DNA of 64,000 nt from an uncultured Pseudomonadota bacterium (GTDB taxonomy: Bacteria > Myxococcota_A > Polyangia > Fen-1088): positions 1,369,616 through 1,433,615 of the forward strand of contig CAVTSM010000003.1 in assembly GCA_963737345.1 (NCBI GenBank). Direction: 5' to 3'. Numbering within the stretch: position 1 is the first letter of the stretch; every line of letters begins with the position of its first letter. Below the pieces are notes generated by a model that made no database searches, was not told the origin of the DNA, and saw only the letters and a list, made by a program, of their open reading frames with translations. The position numbers were made by a program, and so were the translations under genes. Positions 1 through 8,971 of the stretch are shown here, piece by piece.

Positions 1-1
1 G

Positions 2-379
2 GGGTGCGGCGCCCTGGGCGTCATGGGCCAGGGATACATGGCCATCAGTGGAGCCAGCTTCTCGACCGCCGGCCTGAACCCCACCGCCGCTCTCAGCGTC
101 GACCTGTTCGTGCCGCCCAGCCAGCCCAATCCATTCTGGACCGGCGCCTTGCAGATGTACCTGACTTGCCCGTCGGGAAACGTCTTCAACCAGTACATCG
201 GGCAGGTCGAGCTGACGGGTAGGCCGCAGAACCGGTATTCCACGCTGCGTTTCCCGCTGCCGGCGGCCACCCAGAGCACGCTCCGGCAATCGCTGAACGA
301 CTGCGCGTTCGCCTTTGCGCTGAACGTCAATCAGACCAGTCAGACCTGGATTCTCGACAACCTGCGCTTCACGCCCTGA
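2..379 (+). CDS. 3' end of a gene that starts upstream of the window; C-terminal ~125 aa of a probable secreted protein, function unknown
   Basis: Frame 2 is open from the window edge to the stop at 377-379. Track ORF 23..379 is the part after the first Met. A new signal-peptide gene follows after ~100 nt. No family recognised. Confidence 0.4.
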   Translation, partial: GCGALGVMGQGYMAISGASFSTAGLNPTAALSVDLFVPPSQPNPFWTGALQMYLTCPSGNVFNQYIGQVELTGRPQNRYSTLRFPLPAATQSTLRQSLNDCAFAFALNVNQTSQTWILDNLRFTP

Positions 380-479
380 TCGGCAGCAGCGTTCCGTTAC
401 ACCCACGGCACCGTCACCTCGTTCCAGAGAAGGCCGCGAACCCCGCCGCCTGCTCTGGAACGGGTTATGGTGACAGGCC

Positions 480-1106
480 TTGATCGCGCGCTCTTGCTGG
501 CCACTGATCGGTCTGGCCGCCCTGCTACTGCCGGCGACCGCCCGCGCCGACCAAGGGTTGGCACCCGAGCACAAGCTGTCGCTCCGGCTGGCGATCGGGG
601 CCGCTTACGTGCGCGAAAGCTGGAGTCCCAACGACGGCAACCCAGGGTCGGTCAGGACGGGCTGGGCGCCGGTTCTAGAGATCGCCATCGGCCGAGTCGT
701 GGCGCCTGATCTGATCGTGGGCGGCATCTTGGAGACCGCGCCTCTCTTCGACCCCACGGAGTCGTTCGCCGGAACCACCTACGACCTGACCGATGCTGTC
801 GAACTCTTGACCCTCGCGGGCGCCTTCATCGAAGATCCGCAACTGCCGCACGTCCCGGTTCGCGCCGGGATCGCCCTCGGCGCGGTTGCCTCGTTGCTGT
901 TCGACCAAGCGCAGCAACAGCTCCAGCCCCGGCTGGGCATCGGCATCTCTCCTTACCTGGGCTACGACCGACGCGTTTCAGGACGATGGCGGATGGGCCT
1001 GCTGGGGCGAATGACCTTTTTCCGAAACGTCGCCGGCGACATGCCGTCGTCCGCGACGGCTGGCGGCCTCATGACGTCATTGCTGCTGACGTTCACCTTC
1101 AGGTGA
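480..1106 (+). CDS. exported, outer-membrane beta-barrel-like hypothetical protein
   Basis: TTG start. Signal peptide IARSCWPLIGLAALLLPATARA/DQG. Alternating hydrophobic pattern and an aromatic C-terminus ...LLLTFTFR. Confidence 0.55.
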   Translation: MIARSCWPLIGLAALLLPATARADQGLAPEHKLSLRLAIGAAYVRESWSPNDGNPGSVRTGWAPVLEIAIGRVVAPDLIVGGILETAPLFDPTESFAGTTYDLTDAVELLTLAGAFIEDPQLPHVPVRAGIALGAVASLLFDQAQQQLQPRLGIGISPYLGYDRRVSGRWRMGLLGRMTFFRNVAGDMPSSATAGGLMTSLLLTFTFR

Positions 1107-1357
1107 GCTGGCGCGCCGACGGACATCTTCAGGAGAGCCGCCATGACCTCCAGGTGCGAACGGCATCCGGTTTTCCGGTAGATGCGTGTCCAGTAGACAT
1201 CGACCGTCGGAGGCCGGCATCCCAACTGAAACGCGATTTCCTTGCATCCGTGACCCAACGACGCCAGTTCGACCACGTCGGTTTCCCGGGCACTGAGCAG
1301 AAATGCGCTCTGAAATCGTCCCAGGAGCTCAGGCCATCGAGAACCATCCCGCCGCAT
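962..1357 (-). CDS. small LuxR/GerE-type HTH regulator
   Basis: Lies within track ORF 962..1762. From the internal ATG (1355-1357) the sequence reads ...ARETDVVELASLGHGCKEIAFQLGCRPPTVDVYWTRIYRKTGCRSHLEVMAALL, a GerE HTH pattern. The 3' tail overlaps convergent gene 480..1106 by ~145 nt, so the extent is uncertain. Confidence 0.45.
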   Translation of the reverse strand: MRRDGSRWPELLGRFQSAFLLSARETDVVELASLGHGCKEIAFQLGCRPPTVDVYWTRIYRKTGCRSHLEVMAALLKMSVGAPAHLKVNVSSNDVMRPPAVADDGMSPATFRKKVIRPSRPIRHRPETRRS

Positions 1358-1712
1358 GCTATCCCCCCGCCCCTGCGGCGAACAGGTTGCGCCGCACGGC
1401 TGTAACGGCCTCCGGTGAACATGTTTCACCCCGACCGTTATCGGTGCCGCGGCATCACCTCCGCCGGCGCTCGATACCCGAACATCTTTTCGGGGAATAA
1501 TTGCACATGTACCCGTTTGGGCCTGGCTAACGAAACAGCGAGCGTCGTTCGGGGGGGGGATTGCCGCGCGCGTAAGGAGGGTCCGTGTGGCGGGTGAGAC
1601 AGCTGACAACGGCGATTTGCGGATTTCTGGTTTCCCGAGCGCGACAGCTCCATACGCTGGCAGCCCAGCACGCATCGTTGCCTGACGTCGCTTAAGTACT
1701 CCCGGAGTCACG

Positions 1713-2543
1713 ATGACGACGGTTACGGCTCCTTCGCCGCCAGGCGATGCGGCGGGCGTCAACCCGGCGCGGGCTCACCTGGACGCAGAGATTCTGCGAC
1801 CACCTGTTTCGTCCACCGCCCGACCGATTCCCGAGCTCACGGGCGAGTGTGACAATGGTGACCCGGAATCCCGTCTTTCAGCACGACTACGCCAACTGCG
1901 CGCGTTGTCTCGGACGGTAGACGACGGCTCTGGCTATCCGGACGGTTACGCCCTCCAGTCCCCCTTCGGCCGGTGGGTGGCTTTCGATCGCTTTCGCCAC
2001 GAGATGAACGAATACGTCGTCATGCAACTGCGTGTGACGTCCAAGGGAAAGGGCCGCAGCCGCGACCTCACCGAGCGCGAACGAATGGTGGCCCGCTGCG
2101 CCGCGACGGGAATGCCGTTCAAGCTCATCGCCGATGCGTGCTCGATCTCCGTGCAGGCGGCATCCACCTATCTCTTGCGGGCGAAGCGCAAGCTCGGCGC
2201 GAGCTCGAAGGCCGATCTCGTGCGCGCCATCATGCACGAGGAGGGACACGGTCCCATTCGAATCCCCTGCCTCGAGCTGCTCATGCAGGTTCGGTTGGAG
2301 TCGGAATGGTTTCGGATCTTCAGGGCCCACGGCCCGCCGCACCACCAACGTACAGAGACGCTGACGCCCGCTGAAAGGGAGATCCTGGCCGCCATCCTGG
2401 CCGGCCTTCCGACCGCGGGCATAGCGCGGCAGCGCGGCACGGCGGTCGGAACCGTAGCGACGCAAATTTCGGCAATCATGCGCAAGCTCGAAGTGCAATC
2501 GCGCGCCGCGTTGGTCGCGTCCGTCCTGGGGATGCATTTGTAG
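1713..2543 (+). CDS. regulator with two LuxR/GerE HTH domains in one chain
   Basis: ATG with GGAG 6 nt upstream. Two GerE-like segments: LTERERMVARCAATGMPFKLIADACSISVQAASTYLLRAKRKLG and LTPAEREILAAILAGLPTAGIARQRGTAVGTVATQISAIMRKLEV. Confidence 0.7.
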   Translation: MTTVTAPSPPGDAAGVNPARAHLDAEILRPPVSSTARPIPELTGECDNGDPESRLSARLRQLRALSRTVDDGSGYPDGYALQSPFGRWVAFDRFRHEMNEYVVMQLRVTSKGKGRSRDLTERERMVARCAATGMPFKLIADACSISVQAASTYLLRAKRKLGASSKADLVRAIMHEEGHGPIRIPCLELLMQVRLESEWFRIFRAHGPPHHQRTETLTPAEREILAAILAGLPTAGIARQRGTAVGTVATQISAIMRKLEVQSRAALVASVLGMHL

Positions 2544-2585
2544 GAAAACTGCCCACGAGACAGGCGCAGTTGTAGGAAAAGCTGC
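2538..2585 (+). promoter_or_regulatory. direct repeat TTGTAGGAAAA(A)CTGC / TTGTAGGAAAAGCTGC, 32 nt apart, immediately upstream of the exported-protein operon
   Basis: The exact 11-mer TTGTAGGAAAA occurs at 2538-2548 and 2570-2580. It is an AT-rich motif in a GC-rich context. The first copy overlaps the stop of the LuxR gene. Confidence 0.4.
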
Positions 2586-2703
2586 GATGGATCGCGACGA
2601 CGTCGCGTTGCTATACGAACTCCGTTGCGATCATCGTTGCCCGCCGGCGCCCCGCCCGCGGTTGGTGAGCGGTCGCGCCAAGAGCCGGAGGGAGGGAGCG
2701 AGC

Positions 2704-3249
2704 ATGACTATTCGACGCATCATGGTTCCATTGGTGGTTGTCGGTGTGGTGACGGGCGCGTTCGCGTTGATACACCGCGCGCAGCAGCCGCGGCCCAAGG
2801 TGGCCATAAGTCTCTCCCAGTCTGGAAGCGACCAGCGCGCCGTCGGCGATCTCCTTCGCCGCCTCGAGACCCTGCCCCGCATCGACCTCCCCGGTACCGT
2901 TGGGACGACGGAAAGGCCGGCACCTTCGCGCACGGCCCCCGGAGGGGACCCGTCGGCCGATCCTGCGGAAGTGTTCGACGGCCGGCAATTCCTCTCCCGT
3001 TTGGAAGGCGGCGGTTCGCTAACAGCCATGCGCCGCAAGGACCTGGAGTCCATGTTGGCGGCCGTGTCGGCCATGCAAGAGGAGATCATGCGCTTTCCGG
3101 AACCCGCCAAGCGTGCGCACTTGCAGGAGAACCTGATTCACCAATTGGTCGTTCGCCTTCGTTTGGCGCTGGGAGACAAAGAGTCCGAAGCCATCGCGAC
3201 GCTTCTAACCGAGAAACGCCCTTACATCCTCTTCGACAAGGACGAGTGA
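2704..3249 (+). CDS. membrane-anchored hypothetical protein
   Basis: ATG 2704 is preceded by GGAGGGAGGGAG. N-terminal TM/signal anchor MTIRRIMVPLVVVGVVTGAFALI. The stop lies 1 nt before the next start. Confidence 0.55.
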   Translation: MTIRRIMVPLVVVGVVTGAFALIHRAQQPRPKVAISLSQSGSDQRAVGDLLRRLETLPRIDLPGTVGTTERPAPSRTAPGGDPSADPAEVFDGRQFLSRLEGGGSLTAMRRKDLESMLAAVSAMQEEIMRFPEPAKRAHLQENLIHQLVVRLRLALGDKESEAIATLLTEKRPYILFDKDE

Positions 3250-3250
3250 C

Positions 3251-3913
3251 ATGAGACGCCTCCTTTTCATGGCCATGCTGGTGTCACCCTCGTTCTTCGA
3301 CGGCTGTAGCTGCAGCGACAACGTATCGGTGTCGGCACCTATTCCCCCTCAGGGTGGCACCAACCCCACCCGTGACACTGTCACCAATGAGAATCCCCCA
3401 CCGTCGGTGTGGACGGCTCTGGACCCGCAGACCTGCAACGACGACGTCACGGCACCGGTCGTGAAGCCGCCGATCTTCGTCTCTCCCATCATCAACCCGG
3501 TCGGCGGCCGAGCGTATGCGGTGCTGGTCTGGTCATTCTGCAATCCGGGGCGGAACGATCTCCCGGCTCAGCCCAACTACCGCCTCCTGATCTCGCCCCA
3601 CGACCTGGTCGTCCAGCAGTCCCAGAACGATCCAGATTGCCGCACGCGCCCACCCGGTGCGGCCGGTTTTCCCAGTAAGTGTTTCCCGCCCGCTCCTGGA
3701 GGAGACCTCTCGGTGGATACCGATCTGCCGGCGCTCCCATCCTGCAAGTGCACGGGAGAGATCGCCTTCATCAACGTCCCCGCTGGCCAGGAGTCGACGG
3801 TGGCCAACCGGCCCCCGACCCTGAGAACCAACATCCCGCCGGGTAACTATCACTTCACGCTTTCCAACCCATGGGACGTCTCGATTCAAGACGTAGAGGT
3901 GGTGCTCCGATGA
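3251..3913 (+). CDS. hypothetical lipoprotein
   Basis: MRRLLFMAMLVSPSFFDGC has a lipobox-like signal. The stop overlaps the next start (ATGA at 3910-3913). Confidence 0.6.
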   Translation: MRRLLFMAMLVSPSFFDGCSCSDNVSVSAPIPPQGGTNPTRDTVTNENPPPSVWTALDPQTCNDDVTAPVVKPPIFVSPIINPVGGRAYAVLVWSFCNPGRNDLPAQPNYRLLISPHDLVVQQSQNDPDCRTRPPGAAGFPSKCFPPAPGGDLSVDTDLPALPSCKCTGEIAFINVPAGQESTVANRPPTLRTNIPPGNYHFTLSNPWDVSIQDVEVVLR

Positions 3914-5772
3914 AAACCTTCACACCGTCGCAACGGATTGTCACCGCGATCGGCGCGACTTTGCTCGCCCTGGCACCAGCACCGGCTCGCGCGCAGCGGA
4001 TCGTGCGGCATGACGTACTCGTCCAGTTCAACGACCCGCGCGGAATCATCACCGTTGCAGTCGAGGGGCTTCCCTCCGACCTGCGCGTGTTGCAGTCGAC
4101 CCTGTCGCTGTCCTCCCCGAACGTGGGCTGCACCGCTGACGTCTGTCCCTTCACGCTGAACTCGCTGGCGGTCTCCTTCCAGGACTTCACTCAGCCCCTG
4201 ACAATTGGTGGCGATCCGGCCAATTTCAACGTCCGGACCCCCTGGCTCGTCATCCACGGCCCGATCGCGGTGAACAAGATCGGTAACCAGATCGTCGTGC
4301 CGCAGGGGACACCTGCCGAGCTCAGCGCCAACCTGAGCGGGGGCACCAGCAGCCGAAGCATCACGCCCGGATTCCGCACTCAGACGTCCGGAACGCTGAG
4401 CCCGATCCTCATCGGGCTCGATGCGACTCGCCAGATCGCCTCGATCGACGGTGCGTTCGACTTCACCTTCCCGGTGTTCAACACCCAGGTCGACGCCTCG
4501 GCGCGGTTCACGTCCTCGAACGTGGGGGCGTTCGACAATTTGCCACCGGTCGCGAACGCAGGCCCCGATCTGACGCTCACCTGCCCGCAAGTGGTGACGC
4601 TGAACGCCTCGGCCTCGACCGACCCCGAAAACAACATCGCCTTCTACTCGTGGGACGCGGGAATCAGCGGTCGCGTCAGCTCACCGGGGCCAACCGCGCA
4701 GCTCTTCTTCGGAGCGGGAACGCACCCCGTCACCTTGACCGTGACCGACGTTTACGATTCGGTCGCGACCGACGCGATGACGGTGACGGTCATAAATCCG
4801 CCGCCCACCTTCACGTTCGTGCCGCCCGCAGTCGAGAGCGCGACGTGCGGCGCGGTCAACATCGGTCAAGCCCGCGCCGCATCGCCATGCGAGAGCGTGC
4901 GGGTCACGAACGACGCCCCCGCGCGCTTTCCCGCCGGGCTGACGATCGTCACCTGGACGGCGACAACAGCCTCCGGCAAGCGGATCACCGCCACCCAGCG
5001 GGTCGTGGTGACCCCCGGCGATGACCCGGCGTGCTGTCCACCCGGCAGCAACATCATCGTCGGAACCTCCAACAACGACACCCTGAACGGGACACCAGGA
5101 CGAGATTGCATCCTCGGCCTCGGCGGACAGGACGTGATCAATGGCGGCGGTGGAGACGACGTCATCAGTGGCGGCGAAGGGGACGACGTCATCCACGGTG
5201 GCCCTGGAAACGACGTCGTCTCGGGCGGCGGAGGCCAGGATCAGCTCTTTGGCGAAGACGGCCTGGACATCCTGTTCGGCGGGACGGGAGACGATCTCCT
5301 CGACGGAGGCGCGGCCGCCGACGAGCTGCACGGCGGAGATGGGCAGGATCGTCTGGTCTGCGGCGCCGGCAATGACCGGGCCTTCGGAGATGCTGGTGAC
5401 GACACGCTGCTCGGGCAGGACGGCGACGACTTCCTCGATGGAGGCCTGAACAACAATCACTGCACGGGCGGCCTCGGGACCGACGTCCTGATGTTCTGCA
5501 TCGCCGATGACGGGGTCGATCAGATTCCCGGCGGCACCGGGGCTGACAACTTCAACGTCTGCCAGTGCGCCCCCGCCAACAAGTGCGTCGATTGCAGCGC
5601 GGTGGTCCAGGCATGCACGGCGACCGCCGGGTGCCGGGCGATCGTTCGCTGCGTGAACAGTCTGCCGGAATGCCGGCAGCCGAACGAGTGCGCCAGCACC
5701 TGTCTGAACGGGTTCGCGCAGGATGCCATCCAGCAAGCCGGCATCACCGTGTCGTGTCTCGGTGGCTGCTGA
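3910..5772 (+). CDS. secreted PKD + HYR + RTX-repeat protein with a 12-Cys C-terminal domain
   Basis: Signal peptide MKTFTPSQRIVTAIGATLLALAPAPARA. PKD-like segment (ANAGPD...LNASASTDPENNIAFYSWD...VTLTVTD). HYR-like segment (VTNDAPARFPAGLTIVTWTATTASG). A run of GGxGxDxUx nonapeptides (GGGGDDVISGGEGDDVIHGGPGNDVVSGG...). The C-terminal ~75 aa carry 12 Cys. Confidence 0.8.
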   Translation: MKTFTPSQRIVTAIGATLLALAPAPARAQRIVRHDVLVQFNDPRGIITVAVEGLPSDLRVLQSTLSLSSPNVGCTADVCPFTLNSLAVSFQDFTQPLTIGGDPANFNVRTPWLVIHGPIAVNKIGNQIVVPQGTPAELSANLSGGTSSRSITPGFRTQTSGTLSPILIGLDATRQIASIDGAFDFTFPVFNTQVDASARFTSSNVGAFDNLPPVANAGPDLTLTCPQVVTLNASASTDPENNIAFYSWDAGISGRVSSPGPTAQLFFGAGTHPVTLTVTDVYDSVATDAMTVTVINPPPTFTFVPPAVESATCGAVNIGQARAASPCESVRVTNDAPARFPAGLTIVTWTATTASGKRITATQRVVVTPGDDPACCPPGSNIIVGTSNNDTLNGTPGRDCILGLGGQDVINGGGGDDVISGGEGDDVIHGGPGNDVVSGGGGQDQLFGEDGLDILFGGTGDDLLDGGAAADELHGGDGQDRLVCGAGNDRAFGDAGDDTLLGQDGDDFLDGGLNNNHCTGGLGTDVLMFCIADDGVDQIPGGTGADNFNVCQCAPANKCVDCSAVVQACTATAGCRAIVRCVNSLPECRQPNECASTCLNGFAQDAIQQAGITVSCLGGC

Positions 5773-5830
5773 CAGCGGCCGATCGAGCGGATCTGAATCA
5801 TCAGGCAGCTCACAACGCAAGGAGACAGCC

Positions 5831-7615
5831 ATGAAATCGGCACAACGACTCACGGCCCTGGCGGCCCTGGTCCTCAGCGGAGGGATCGCCCAGGCCCAAT
5901 CGGTCACGCAGAGCAACATCGTGGTCGGGATCGATCCGGCTCAGACCCTCGCCTTCTTGACCACGGGGGGCAATACGCCGCGGCAGTTCGACATCAAGCG
6001 CGGTAGCAACATGATCTTTCGACTCGACAACCCGTTCTGCACGGGTAGTTGCACCGGGGATCTCAATTATCTCCGCGTCACCATGGGGCAGTTCTCGCAG
6101 GACCTGACCATCGCCGGCGGGCCGGGCGGCACGGCTCATCTCATCTTCGACAACCCGACGCTGGTCATCGTGGGTCCGGTTCCGATGCAAACGGATGGCC
6201 TTCAGTTCATCGTGCCCACCGGCACGACCGTCTCCTTCTCGGCGACGATGTCCGGCACCGCGAACATCGGCTCGGACCACATCACCATTCCCTCGCAGAT
6301 CGCCGGCAGCCAGCTCACGACGACCAGCCCGCTGCTGCTCCGGCTGGACGCGAATCGGCAGCTCATGACGTTCCAGGGAATATTCCCATTCCAGTTCCAG
6401 ACATCCGGCACGGTCGATGGCGTCGACATCAGCATCAACGTGTCGGGGTCGGTGCAGGTGCTGGGAAGCGCCCTGTCGCCCTTTGCCGACCTTCCGCCAA
6501 CGGCGCGCGCCAGCGTGTCGGGCGGGGCGAGCTGCGGCAGGCCGGTCACCCTCGATGCTTCGGCGAGCACTGACCCGAATGGGCCGGCAGACATCGCCGC
6601 CTATCGCTGGACCAGGCCGGACGGAACCCTGCTGGCCACGGGCAAGGTCGTCTCTCTCACACTTCCGGCCGGCAACCAGGCGATCGTTCTCCACGTCATC
6701 GACACCCAAGGAGTGGAGGCGACGACGCAAGTCACCGTCAACGTGACCGAGCCCGCGCCGATGTTCGCCGCGAACCCGGCGCCGGCGTTCGCCAACACCT
6801 GTGGAGCCGTCTCGTTGACGCCGCCGCAGGCCATCTCGGCGTGCGGGTTCCCGGTGACCGTGACCAGCAACGCGCCGTCGTTCTTCCCCGCGGGCCGGAC
6901 GGTCGTCACCTGGACGGCTCGTACCTCGAGTGGCCTGACGGCGACGGTGACCCAGCAGGTCATCGTATTCCTGGGGGACAACCCAGCCTGTTGCCCGCCG
7001 GGTAGCAACATCATCGTCGGAACCTCCAACAACGACACCCTGAACGGCACGCCGGGCCGCGACTGCATCCTGGGCCTCGGGGCGCAAGACGTCATCAATG
7101 GAAACGGGGGCGACGACATCATCAGCGGCGGCGAGGGTGACGATCGCATCTCCGGTGGCGCCGGCGACGACGTCATCAGTGGCGGTGGTGGCCAAGACCG
7201 CATCACGGGCGACGACGGAAACGACGCCATCAGCGGTGGTTTTGGTGATGACACGCTCGAGGGCAACAACGGCGACGACATCCTCAACGGCGGCGGCAAC
7301 AACGATCGCTGCACGGGTGGCGTTGGTGTCGATGTGTTCGTGGCCTGCATGGTCCAGGACGCGGTGGACGTTCCGACGACGACCACCGACGCCTTCAACG
7401 TGTGTGACTGCCGACAGAACAAGTGCATGGACTGCACGACGCAGGCGCAGGCGTGCACGGCGACTGCCGGCTGCCCCACCATCATCGGCTGTGTCGCGGC
7501 GACGCCGAGCTGCAACCTGCCGCACGAATGTTCCGCGACTTGTGAGAGTGGTCTCAGCTCGCTTGCGATCTCGCGGGCGCGTGACCTGGCCTCTTGTCTC
7601 GGTGGCTGTCTGTGA
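5831..7615 (+). CDS. paralogue of 3910..5772 (PKD + HYR + RTX repeats + 12-Cys C-terminal domain)
   Basis: AAGGAG lies upstream of ATG 5831. Signal peptide MKSAQRLTALAALVLSGGIAQA. Same domain order as the upstream gene, and the 12 C-terminal Cys align one to one. Confidence 0.8.
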   Translation: MKSAQRLTALAALVLSGGIAQAQSVTQSNIVVGIDPAQTLAFLTTGGNTPRQFDIKRGSNMIFRLDNPFCTGSCTGDLNYLRVTMGQFSQDLTIAGGPGGTAHLIFDNPTLVIVGPVPMQTDGLQFIVPTGTTVSFSATMSGTANIGSDHITIPSQIAGSQLTTTSPLLLRLDANRQLMTFQGIFPFQFQTSGTVDGVDISINVSGSVQVLGSALSPFADLPPTARASVSGGASCGRPVTLDASASTDPNGPADIAAYRWTRPDGTLLATGKVVSLTLPAGNQAIVLHVIDTQGVEATTQVTVNVTEPAPMFAANPAPAFANTCGAVSLTPPQAISACGFPVTVTSNAPSFFPAGRTVVTWTARTSSGLTATVTQQVIVFLGDNPACCPPGSNIIVGTSNNDTLNGTPGRDCILGLGAQDVINGNGGDDIISGGEGDDRISGGAGDDVISGGGGQDRITGDDGNDAISGGFGDDTLEGNNGDDILNGGGNNDRCTGGVGVDVFVACMVQDAVDVPTTTTDAFNVCDCRQNKCMDCTTQAQACTATAGCPTIIGCVAATPSCNLPHECSATCESGLSSLAISRARDLASCLGGCL

Positions 7616-7629
7616 GAGGGAGAACGACC

Positions 7630-7929
7630 ATGAAAATGATGCTGAAGAAGCTGGCGCTCGTGGCGGTGCTGGTGTTCGCCACGATGACCAATGACGGGTG
7701 CGCGACGCTCAAGCGGATCGGTGCAGGCATACAGCACCTTTTCGATTGCGAGTGCCTCTGCCAATGCGCCGAGACGTTTCGGGGCGGCGGCGATGGGACC
7801 GACACGGGGGGAGGCACGTCGTTCCGCTGCATCAACAAGGGCTCTCTGTCGAGCTGTGGCGAGGCGTGTGGCTTCCAGGCTCTGCCGGGGGCGGCCGGCG
7901 GAAACCTGGTGGTTTGCATCTCGATCTGA
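7630..7929 (+). CDS. small Cys-rich lipoprotein (99 aa)
   Basis: MKMMLKKLALVAVLVFATMTNDGC lipobox. Cys cluster FDCECLCQCAE...FRCINKGSLSSCGEACG. Starts 15 nt after the upstream stop. Confidence 0.6.
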   Translation: MKMMLKKLALVAVLVFATMTNDGCATLKRIGAGIQHLFDCECLCQCAETFRGGGDGTDTGGGTSFRCINKGSLSSCGEACGFQALPGAAGGNLVVCISI

Positions 7930-8008
7930 CCCAACGGCAGCGGCTGGCCCGGCGCTCCCCTCGAAGCGTCGGGCCGCTGCCGACCGTGCCCAACCGGATC
8001 GGAGGACG

Positions 8009-8971
8009 ATGTCGTCGACAGTGAGCTATGCGGTATCCCCCTATCGGCCGTCCGGGAGAGTCACGGCCGGCGGCGTCGCCTTCGTGCTGGCCACATCCCT
8101 GGTGGCAGGAATCCTGGTCGGGTTGTGCGGCGGGCCCGTGAGCGACCACTTTTATCTGGTGTTCGTCTTCCCCGTGATCGGTGGTGCGGCGGCCGGCGTG
8201 CTCGTGGCCGCCGCGATCCGGATCGGCCGAGTGCAAAACCCCAAGGTCGCCTCGGTCTGCGCGGCCCTGGGGGCTTTGCTCATCATGCCGAGCCTCCATC
8301 TTTACGGGTACCGGCGATTGGAGAGCACGTTGGACGGCATCGGTGAGGCGCGATTGGCGGAGGTGTTGCGTGCTGGACCGGACGAGTTGCGCGCCGCCGG
8401 TGTCGATCCCGAGCTGGAGGGGGCCGTGCGCGTCACGAACCTAGCCGGCTATCTCGACTGGCAGGCTCGCCGGGGCGTCCTCATCAGCCGGTATGGCGGG
8501 GAAGGCGGCATTCGTCTGGGGTACGCCGGTTCGTACGGCTATTGGGGGCTCGAAATCGTTCTGGCGGCCATCGCGGCAGCGCTGCTGGCCGCGCGCGCGG
8601 CGGCCGCCCCCGCCTGCTCAAGGTGTCGGTCGTGGATGACCGACCGCCTTCGTGCGGACGTGCAGGTCTCCGCGACAACGGCGCTCCTGGCCGTCTCGAC
8701 CGGTGACATCGAGCGACTCGGCCTGAAAGACGAGCGAAAGATTGATCCGGGCCAGACGCTGAGGATCACGGTATGCTGCTGCCCTCGTTGTGCGGCCGCT
8801 TCGTATGCAACGGTTCGGCTGGAGCGCGTTCTTCTCGGGCGTGACGGCACCCCCCGAGCAGCGCCAAAGTTGCTGGCGCAGACCAGCTACCCCGGCGCCG
8901 CCGTGGCGGCGCTCGAGACCATGTTCGCGAAAGATCGAACGGGGTCTCTCAGCTTGCATGCCGCACGGTAG
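8009..8971 (+). CDS. polytopic membrane protein with a C-terminal CxxC...CxxC region
   Basis: GGAGGA lies upstream of ATG 8009. About four hydrophobic helices. CSRC...CPRC pairs in the C-terminal third. No family recognised. Confidence 0.6.
   Translation: MSSTVSYAVSPYRPSGRVTAGGVAFVLATSLVAGILVGLCGGPVSDHFYLVFVFPVIGGAAAGVLVAAAIRIGRVQNPKVASVCAALGALLIMPSLHLYGYRRLESTLDGIGEARLAEVLRAGPDELRAAGVDPELEGAVRVTNLAGYLDWQARRGVLISRYGGEGGIRLGYAGSYGYWGLEIVLAAIAAALLAARAAAAPACSRCRSWMTDRLRADVQVSATTALLAVSTGDIERLGLKDERKIDPGQTLRITVCCCPRCAAASYATVRLERVLLGRDGTPRAAPKLLAQTSYPGAAVAALETMFAKDRTGSLSLHAAR

Noticed and set aside
4681-7525. Long minus-strand ORFs 4681..5919 and 5810..7525
   Set aside because: They are antisense to the two RTX/HYR/PKD genes, which have signal peptides, an RBS and recognisable domains. 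The antisense products are Arg/Gly/Asp-rich with no motifs.
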